Shown here: piece after piece, positions 9,589-16,852 of the stretch
Layout: each line of letters starts with the position of its first letter
Position numbering within the stretch: the first letter of the stretch is position 1
From: Granulicella sp.
GTDB lineage: Bacteria; Acidobacteriota; Terriglobia; Terriglobales; Acidobacteriaceae
Direction: 5' to 3'
Assembly (NCBI GenBank): GCA_027339965.1
Contig: DAHWNL010000044.1
Coordinates: 1 to 56,054, forward strand
DNA: 56,054 nucleotides
Translations under genes and position numbers: made by a program
Notes under the pieces: model-generated
The model's database searches: none
What the model was told of the DNA's origin: nothing
Seen by the model: the letters and a program-made list of their open reading frames with translations, nothing else

Positions 9589-9942
9589 ATGAACATTCAC
9601 ATCCCCACGCCGCTGCGAGCCTACACCGACAAGCAGCAGACCGTCTCCGTACCAGGAGCCACCGTTGCTGAGGGCCTGGCCGGACTTGTAGCCGCGTACC
9701 CTGCCCTGCAGCAGCATCTGTTCACCAGCGAAGGCAAACTGCGCTCTTTTGTGAACGTCTACCTGAATCAGGATGACGTGCGCTGGCTGCCCGCCAGGGA
9801 GGCCACGGCCGTGAAGCCCGGCGACGAACTCAGCATCGTCCCGTCCATCGCCGGCGGCACGACGGCAACAGCCTCGCGAACCTCCATCGCTACTCTCCAG
9901 ACGGGCTGCTCTCCGCTCGGCCGGCGGCTGCGCCTTGTCTAG
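9589..9942 (+). CDS. MoaD/ThiS/CysO-family ubiquitin-like sulfur carrier with a C-terminal extension
   Basis: Probable start ATG 9589: MNIHIPTPLR..RSFVNVYLN..ELSIVPSIAGG, followed by 27 further residues. Confidence 0.9.
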   Translation: MNIHIPTPLRAYTDKQQTVSVPGATVAEGLAGLVAAYPALQQHLFTSEGKLRSFVNVYLNQDDVRWLPAREATAVKPGDELSIVPSIAGGTTATASRTSIATLQTGCSPLGRRLRLV

Positions 9943-10062
9943 ACACGCATCGGTGCCCCGCCAAGGAAGACACCATCGACACGGCCGCTAAGCCGGCGGA
10001 CCGAGTCCGTGCTCCACCCTCGCGCATCTAACAAGATGTGAACTCTATCTCAGGACAAGCGT

Positions 10063-11280
10063 ATGTCAGCTACTGTTGACCAACCCACACTCCCCTCGCT
10101 GAGCAACGAAGAGATCTCCCGTTACTCTCGCCACCTCATCCTGCCCGAAGTGGGCATGGAAGGCCAGAAGAAATTAAAGGCTGCGCGTGTTCTCTGCGTC
10201 GGCACCGGTGGTCTGGGCGCTCCTCTGGCCCTCTACCTGACCGCTGCCGGCGTCGGAACCATCGGCCTGGTGGACTTCGACGTGGTGGACCAGAGCAACC
10301 TGCAGCGCCAGGTGATCCACTGCCAGGCGACCGTCGGCCGGCTCAAAGTGGACTCCGCCGAGTTGATGCTCAAGGGCCTGAACCAGAACATCAACATCAT
10401 CAAGCACAATACGATGCTCACCAGTTCCAACGCGCTGGAGATCTTCAAGGACTATGACATCATCGCCGATGGCACGGACAACTTCCAGACTCGCTATCTG
10501 GTCAACGATGCCTGCGTGCTGAGCGGCAAGCCCAACGCCTACGGAAGCATCTTTCGCTTCGAGGGTCAAGCCTCCGTCTTCGCCACCGAGGACGGCCCCT
10601 GCTACCGCTGCCTCTATCCCGAACCCCCACCGCCCGGCCTGGTTCCCTCCTGCGCTGAAGGCGGTGTGCTGGGGATCCTGCCCGGCTTGGTGGGCGTCAT
10701 CCAGGCTACGGAGGTCATCAAGCTGATTCTCGGCATCGGAGAGCCGCTCGTCGGACGCCTTCTGCTGGTGGATGCGCTGGGGATGCACTTCCGCACCATG
10801 AAGCTGCGCAAGGATCCCGATTGCCCGGTCTGCGGCACCCGACAGATCCGCAAACTGATCGACTACGACCAGTTCTGCGGCGTCCCCAGAGCCGCCGAGA
10901 CTGGATCCCTGCCAACTAGTTCGCGTGACTCGGCAGCCGATCCGCCCCTGGTGGATGGCATACCCCAGATCTCCGTGGAGCAGCTGAAGGCCCGCATGGA
11001 CGCAGGCGCCACACCCTTCATCCTGGATGTCCGCGAGCCCCATGAGTATGCCATCGTGAACCTTGGGGCGCCGCTGATCCCGATTGGAGAACTCGAGGAC
11101 AACCTGCACCGCCTGACCTTCCCCAAGGCCACCGAGATTGTGGTCCACTGCAAGTCAGGAATCCGGTCTCAGCGCGCTGCCTTGATCTTGAAAGCGAACG
11201 GCTTCCCCAACGTCTCCAACCTGGCCGGCGGCATCGTGGACTGGGCTGATCGCATCGACAAGACTTTACCCAAGTACTGA
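10063..11280 (+). CDS. moeB: MoeB/MoeZ E1-like adenylyltransferase with C-terminal rhodanese domain
   Basis: RYSRH, GTGGLG, SNLQRQ, DGTDN, CYRC/CPVC zinc site, SCAEGG, and rhodanese HCKSGIRS. Confidence 0.95.
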   Translation: MSATVDQPTLPSLSNEEISRYSRHLILPEVGMEGQKKLKAARVLCVGTGGLGAPLALYLTAAGVGTIGLVDFDVVDQSNLQRQVIHCQATVGRLKVDSAELMLKGLNQNINIIKHNTMLTSSNALEIFKDYDIIADGTDNFQTRYLVNDACVLSGKPNAYGSIFRFEGQASVFATEDGPCYRCLYPEPPPPGLVPSCAEGGVLGILPGLVGVIQATEVIKLILGIGEPLVGRLLLVDALGMHFRTMKLRKDPDCPVCGTRQIRKLIDYDQFCGVPRAAETGSLPTSSRDSAADPPLVDGIPQISVEQLKARMDAGATPFILDVREPHEYAIVNLGAPLIPIGELEDNLHRLTFPKATEIVVHCKSGIRSQRAALILKANGFPNVSNLAGGIVDWADRIDKTLPKY

Positions 11281-11361
11281 CCCCTCACCTTGGCCAAGCC
11301 AGATCCTCATGTCCAGCAAACGGCAGAGAGCGCTGTGCCGCTGACTCCGCGCGGAGGCTGT

Positions 11362-12627
11362 TTAAACCGTCTCCGGATCGTCCGCCACCAGCATTTGCAG
11401 GCACAACGGCGGTTGAACCATAAACGCCATCTGCGCCATCTCCGCTATGGCGCGCGTGACCGTAGAGCTGAGACACGGTTCCGTGGTGATCACGAACGGC
11501 AGGCGGGCCGCCGGGTGCCCCCGGTGCTGCAGCAACGAGTCAATATTCACCTGGTGCCGCGCCAGCACTGCCGCGATCGCCGCGACGATGCCCGGCTCGT
11601 CGGCAACTACAAAGCGCAGATAGTGCGGCGCCAGAACATCGCCCACCACCTTCATCCGGTGAGCCGGCAGGCGCACCTGGACACTGTTTTCGGCAATCGC
11701 GCGCACGTCGCTGAGCACCGCAACCGCGGTGGGATGGCCGCCCGCGCCATGCCCGCTGAAGACCACATCGCCGCCGAAAAGGCCGCTGGTCACCACCATG
11801 TTCCGCGTCCCTTGCGACCAGGCAAAGGGAGAGGACCTAGGCACCAGCATCGGCCCCACGCCGGCGCTCACCATGCCATCCACCAACTCTGCTCGGCTCA
11901 CCTGGCGCAGCGTGCATCCCAACTCCTGAGCATAGGAGAAGTCAACCGCCGAGATGGTGGCAATGGTCTGGGCGGGAATCTCCTCCGGATCAATCTCCGC
12001 GTGGAGCGCCAGCCGGGCCAGAATGCAAAGCTTGGCCCGAGCATCGAAGCCGTCCACATCCGCCGATGGATCGGCCTCCGCATACCCGGCCGCCTGCGCC
12101 CGGCCGAGCGCCCCTTGATACTCCGCCCCGCTCTCCATGGAACTCAGGATGAAGTTGCACGTCCCATTGAGGATGCCGCTGATTCGGGTCAACCGGTCGC
12201 CGCTGAGCCCCTGGGCCACCCCAGGGATCACCGGCACACCTCCGGCAACCGCCGCTCCATAGAGCAGTTGAACGCCCTTTTCCGCAGCCAACGCGAACAG
12301 AGCCGCCCCACGATAGGCGATGAGTTGCTTGTTCGCCGTCACCACGTGCCGCCCCGCCAGAAGCGCGGCTTGCAGCCAGCGCTCGGCCGGGTCCAGGCCG
12401 CCCAGCAACTCCACCACAACGTCCACATCCGCAGCTTCCAGCACTTCCTCCACATGCTCGGTCCACACCGCCTCTGCGGGTACAAGCCGCGCCTTCTCAT
12501 GGCTCCGCTTGCGCCCAACGCCACGGTTGAAGATGCGTGTGATTCGCACGCCGCTCCCGGGTTGCGCCGCGAGCACCTCCGCAAACGAACTTCCCACGGT
12601 TCCAAAGCCGAGCAGACCAACTCTCAA
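11362..12627 (-). CDS. hom: Homoserine dehydrogenase with C-terminal ACT domain
   Basis: GLLGFGTVG, VVTANK, AAVAGGVPVI, GILNGTCNFIL, GYAEADPSADVDGFD, GAGGHPTA. Confidence 0.95.
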   Translation of the reverse strand: MRVGLLGFGTVGSSFAEVLAAQPGSGVRITRIFNRGVGRKRSHEKARLVPAEAVWTEHVEEVLEAADVDVVVELLGGLDPAERWLQAALLAGRHVVTANKQLIAYRGAALFALAAEKGVQLLYGAAVAGGVPVIPGVAQGLSGDRLTRISGILNGTCNFILSSMESGAEYQGALGRAQAAGYAEADPSADVDGFDARAKLCILARLALHAEIDPEEIPAQTIATISAVDFSYAQELGCTLRQVSRAELVDGMVSAGVGPMLVPRSSPFAWSQGTRNMVVTSGLFGGDVVFSGHGAGGHPTAVAVLSDVRAIAENSVQVRLPAHRMKVVGDVLAPHYLRFVVADEPGIVAAIAAVLARHQVNIDSLLQHRGHPAARLPFVITTEPCLSSTVTRAIAEMAQMAFMVQPPLCLQMLVADDPETV

Positions 12628-12822
12628 TATCTTTCCCTCCCCAGGCGATCCCTTGCGTCTATCTTGCTAGTACAACACTTTCTCCGCCGCTGTGCTCCAA
12701 GGCAGCCCGTTGCCCGGCGTTGCTGGCTCGGGTAGCACCTGCTTTATGGCATTTTCGGCTTTGATGGGTTCTATAAAAGGGGATGTATCCCGAGGCAAGC
12801 TTGCAGTGGTGTTTTCATTCCA

Positions 12823-12846
12823 CCCCAGCAGGCAAACCCGCTGGGG
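12823..12846. repeat. GC-rich hairpin (REP-like or regulatory)
   Basis: Minus strand ccccagcggg-tttg-cctgctgggg forms a 10-bp stem with one G-U pair. Confidence 0.55.
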
Positions 12847-12922
12847 GCCCAGGGTTTCCGGGAAAACGCCCATCGAAGTCAAGTCGCCTTCTACTCCTGC
12901 GCCGAAATGCCTTCGCGTTGCC

Positions 12923-13396
12923 TTAATACTTCACCTTGCCCGGCGCTGCCTGCCAGGCCGCAAAGCTTGCCAGCGCCTCCTCGGCAAGCATCTGCGTCAT
13001 GGGCAGGCTGCGCTCCCGGATCGGCCTTCGCATCTCCTCATACAGCCGGGAATCATCAAATCCAGCTCTGGCGGCATCCGCGGCCGTACTGCCATAGAAG
13101 ACGGCCCGGCAATGCGCCCAGTAGATCGCGGCCAGGCACATCGGGCAGGGCTCGCAACTGGTGTAGAGATCGCAGCTCTCCAACACATAGGTGCCCAGCC
13201 GCTGGCAGGCGGAGCGAATCGCCGTGACCTCGGCGTGCGCGGTTGGATCGTTGCTCGCGGTCACCCGATTGACCCCCGTCGCAATCACCTCGCCGTCCCT
13301 CACCACCAGAGCCCCGAACGGGCCTCCCAGACCACCCGTCACATTCTTCGTCGCCAGCTCGATGGCCTGCCGCATGAATTCGGGTTGGTCTTCCAA
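12923..13396 (-). CDS. Zn-dependent nucleoside/guanine deaminase (CDA superfamily, GuaD-like)
   Basis: GGPFGA, NDPTAHAE, SCEPCPMC, GFDD. The start is uncertain (TTG 13396 or ATG 13375). Confidence 0.88.
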   Translation of the reverse strand: MEDQPEFMRQAIELATKNVTGGLGGPFGALVVRDGEVIATGVNRVTASNDPTAHAEVTAIRSACQRLGTYVLESCDLYTSCEPCPMCLAAIYWAHCRAVFYGSTAADAARAGFDDSRLYEEMRRPIRERSLPMTQMLAEEALASFAAWQAAPGKVKY

Positions 13397-13630
13397 CCTC
13401 GCACCAGTCTGCACCTCCGCACTGCTCCGCATCCTTCCTCCAGCGAGTCGGCCGCAGCCCAGGCAGAAGCCCGGCCCCGCATGGCTGGCTCTACATTCCA
13501 TCTCCTGCACTCTATTTTTGCCCAAATCAGCCTCATTCTGCATGCCGCCCGCCCGGTGCGGCCTGCTCTCCCCGGCGCGCTTGGCCCGTGCGTCTCCACG
13601 GCGGCAAGGTCAGACGTAGAATGATCTGCG

Positions 13631-14893
13631 ATGAGTCAAGCTCCCTCAGCGCCTGCGTCCCTGGCCGCGCGCGCCGCCACCGTCATCGGCCGCTGCCGTG
13701 AGTTGGCCGGCATGACGGACGTGGCAGGCGAGACAACACGGCTCTTTCTCTCTCCTGCCAGCCGCGATGCCGAGACCCTGATCGGCGGGTGGATTTGCCA
13801 GGCCGGGCTGACCGCGCACTGCGATGATTTCGGCAATCTGCGCGCCACGCGCCGCTGCCCCCACGACGACGCTCCCACCCTGGTTCTGTTCTCGCACATC
13901 GATGTGGCCCCGAATTCCAGCCACTTCAACGGCTCGCTGGGCGTACTTCTGGCCATTGCGGCGGTCGAGCAACTGGGCGCGACCTCGCTGCCCCTCCACA
14001 TCGAGATCATCGCCTTCTCCGACGAAGAGGGTGCGCGCTTCGGCGTTCCTTCCCTCTCGTCTCTGGCCGTTACGGGCCGGCTCAGGGCCGAGCATCTGGA
14101 GCGCGCCGATGGCAACGGGATCTCGGTCGCCGACGCCATCCGCGCCTTTGGGCTCGTCCCCGGGCGCATCCCTATCACTTGCCCGCTGACGCCCCGGACC
14201 TTCGCTGCCGTCGAGACCCGAATCGAACCAGTCCCGGGGCGGGGACAAAGCGACTCCGCCCTGGCTGTTGTCGAGTCTATCCTGGGCGTCTCGCGGCTGA
14301 GTCTCGCCTTCCAGGGTCAATGCAACCACGCCGGGACCGCTCCCATGCCCTCGCGCGGCGACGCTCTGGCCGCGGCCGCGCATTGGATCGCCGAGGTGGA
14401 GCATTACGCAGCCAACTACACCCAGCTGACGGCCACCGTCGACGGAGTCCATACCCTGCCGGCCACCGGCGACTTTGCTACCGGGACTGTCCAGACGACG
14501 CTGGAAGTGCGCCACCCGAGGGACGAGTCGCGCCACGCCGCCGTGGCTCACCTGCTCACCAAGGCGGAGGCTGCCGGCACTCTGCGGGGTGTGCAGGTTC
14601 GCGCTGCAGTGCGGTCCGAGCAGAGCGCCGTTCCGCTGGACCGCGATCTCACGCTTAAGCTCCACCGGGCCGCCGAGCGGGCCGGCTATGATGCTCCACC
14701 CATCTTCTCCGCAGCCGGGCACAGCGCAATGATCCTGGCCGCCGCAGTTCCCACGGCGATGCTCCTCCTTCGCTCCCCGGTGGAACTCTCTCACGTGCCC
14801 GGCGATGATCTTCGCTGCCAGGACGTGGAGGCCGCCTTGGCCACCCTGCTCAATCTCCTTCTCCATCTCCATCCGCACCCAAAATTGTCCTGA
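13631..14893 (+). CDS. M20-family allantoate amidohydrolase / hydantoinase-carbamoylase homolog with degenerate motifs
   Basis: TTRLFLSP, GNLRA, SHID, FSDEEG, GQCNHAGTAPM, AGHSA. Confidence 0.8.
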   Translation: MSQAPSAPASLAARAATVIGRCRELAGMTDVAGETTRLFLSPASRDAETLIGGWICQAGLTAHCDDFGNLRATRRCPHDDAPTLVLFSHIDVAPNSSHFNGSLGVLLAIAAVEQLGATSLPLHIEIIAFSDEEGARFGVPSLSSLAVTGRLRAEHLERADGNGISVADAIRAFGLVPGRIPITCPLTPRTFAAVETRIEPVPGRGQSDSALAVVESILGVSRLSLAFQGQCNHAGTAPMPSRGDALAAAAHWIAEVEHYAANYTQLTATVDGVHTLPATGDFATGTVQTTLEVRHPRDESRHAAVAHLLTKAEAAGTLRGVQVRAAVRSEQSAVPLDRDLTLKLHRAAERAGYDAPPIFSAAGHSAMILAAAVPTAMLLLRSPVELSHVPGDDLRCQDVEAALATLLNLLLHLHPHPKLS

Positions 14894-15126
14894 GCGCGCG
14901 GATCGAATCGAGTGGCTCGGCGCACCGGCATCACCCCGGCCTGAGTTTACCAACGAATAACGCACAGGGCCGGATCTTCGCACGAGAGACGTAGCCCTGA
15001 AGCTGCGATGCGGCTACACTACTCTCAACCGCGAAAGAGAATCGGCAAAGGAGAGAAAGAGTCCCCGGATCCTTTGCCACTCGACGCCAACCACCTCACT
15101 CGAAGCTCCACTCTACGGACCGCCCT

Positions 15127-16737
15127 ATGATTCAGTCCATCAATCCGGCTAACGGAAAACTTCTGCGCAGCTTTGATCCCCTCACCCCCGATGCAATCAA
15201 CGTCAAGCTGGCCCTGGCCGCGGGCGCGGCCAAGACCTACCCTCGCGAGTCTCTGGAGCAGCGCATCTTCTGGATGCGCCGGCTGGCTGCGATCGTGGAG
15301 GCCGACAGCGAAGAGTTGGCGGCAACGATGACCTCGGAGATGGGCAAGACGTTGGCTTCGGCCCGCGCTGAAGTCGCCAAGTGCGTCTCCGCGTGCCGTT
15401 ACTACGCCGAGAACGCGGCCCGCATCCTCACTCCAGAGCGAATCCCGACCGAGCACCAGGAGAGTTACGTGCGCTACGATCCTCTGGGCGTGGTGCTGGC
15501 TGTGATGCCCTGGAACTTTCCCCTCTGGCAGGTCTTTCGCTTTCTTGCCCCGGCACTGATGGCCGGCAATGTAGGCCTGCTCAAGCACGCCTCCAACGTT
15601 CCCCAGTGCGCCCTCGCGATTGAGGCCCTGGTGCGCCGCGCCGGCTTCCCGCGCGGCGTCTTCCAGACCCTGCTGATTGAGGCCCGTCAGGTAGAAACGC
15701 TGCTCTCTGATGAACGTGTCGCCGCCGTCACCGTCACTGGCTCCGAAGCCGCCGGACGCGCCGTCGCCGCGCAGGCCGGCTGGCTGATCAAGAAGACCGT
15801 CCTCGAACTGGGCGGGTCAGATCCGTTCATCGTTCTTCCCTCCGCAGATCTGGACACCGCGATCTCCACCGCGGTCAAGGCCCGTTGCGTCAACAACGGC
15901 CAGAGCTGCATCGCCGCCAAGCGTTTCATCGTGCATGAGAGCATCTATCCCGAGTTCGAACAGCGCTTCGTGGCCGGCATGAAGGCGCTCACCGTCGGCA
16001 ATCCCATGCTGGAGACCACCGACATTGGCCCGCTGGCCACCCAACAGGTCGTCGAGGAGCTTCTGGAACAAGTCACACGGGCCCGCGAGTCCGGCGGCCG
16101 CGTGCTCACGGGCGGCTCGCGCGCCAACGTGGAAGATGGCCGGTTTGGGAACTACTTTCAACCCACCGTGATCGCCGGCATCATGCGCCATGCCCCCATC
16201 ACGCAGGAGGAGGTCTTCGGACCGGTCGCCATGCTGTTTCGAGTCGGCTCCCTAGACGAAGCGATCGCGCTGGCCAACGACACGCCCTTCGGTCTGGCCG
16301 CCAGTGTCTGGACCAACGACTCGGAGGAACAGAGGCGCCTCTCCATTCAACTCCAGTGTGGAGCAGTCTTCTTCAATAGCGCCGTGGCCAGCGATCCCCG
16401 TCTTCCCTTTGGAGGAGTCAAGCGGTCTGGATACGGTCGTGAGCTTGCCGCCGAGGGCATGCGCGAGTTTTTGAACGCCAAGACCGTGTTAGTCGCCGCA
16501 CCGGCCTCAGATGGCCAAACCTCGCTAAACGCACCTTCCAGAGCAGAAGCTGACTCGGCCAAGCCCAGCGAATTCCAGCAGATCGCCGACCAGATTCGCA
16601 AGTTCGAGCCGCGCCTGGAGCAGCGCAAGGACGCTGCTCCAGTACCAGAGCCATCTTCGCCGGCAAATTCCGGTCTCGAGGAGACGCCGGACAGGAGTAC
16701 CCCGCCCAGCCGCGGCTCCATCCTCGGATTGCGCTGA
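15127..16737 (+). CDS. NAD(P)-dependent succinate-semialdehyde dehydrogenase family protein with a C-terminal extension
   Basis: [46 protein letters not shown]. Confidence 0.93.
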   Translation: MIQSINPANGKLLRSFDPLTPDAINVKLALAAGAAKTYPRESLEQRIFWMRRLAAIVEADSEELAATMTSEMGKTLASARAEVAKCVSACRYYAENAARILTPERIPTEHQESYVRYDPLGVVLAVMPWNFPLWQVFRFLAPALMAGNVGLLKHASNVPQCALAIEALVRRAGFPRGVFQTLLIEARQVETLLSDERVAAVTVTGSEAAGRAVAAQAGWLIKKTVLELGGSDPFIVLPSADLDTAISTAVKARCVNNGQSCIAAKRFIVHESIYPEFEQRFVAGMKALTVGNPMLETTDIGPLATQQVVEELLEQVTRARESGGRVLTGGSRANVEDGRFGNYFQPTVIAGIMRHAPITQEEVFGPVAMLFRVGSLDEAIALANDTPFGLAASVWTNDSEEQRRLSIQLQCGAVFFNSAVASDPRLPFGGVKRSGYGRELAAEGMREFLNAKTVLVAAPASDGQTSLNAPSRAEADSAKPSEFQQIADQIRKFEPRLEQRKDAAPVPEPSSPANSGLEETPDRSTPPSRGSILGLR

Positions 16738-16852
16738 GATATGTCCGTAAAGCCCAGGATCGATTCTCCGGCGCGGCTCCCCGGGGCCGCGCTCGAAGAC
16801 GAACTCCCTTCGGGCCCCAGCGTCTCGCCCTTCGATATCCGTTCGATATCCG

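Noticed and set aside
11290..12735. Long antisense ORFs (481 aa here; also 13646-14983, 22315-23574, 24865-26010, 29670-30647)
   Set aside because: These are shadow frames of high-GC genes, Arg/His-rich and without motifs.
12628..12922. SAM-I or lysine riboswitch, or Thr attenuator, before hom
   Set aside because: Only scattered sub-motifs (gccgaa, ggtgct, ggagcac) are present. The core helices are not recoverable and there is no Thr-rich peptide. Kept only as a generic structured-leader finding.
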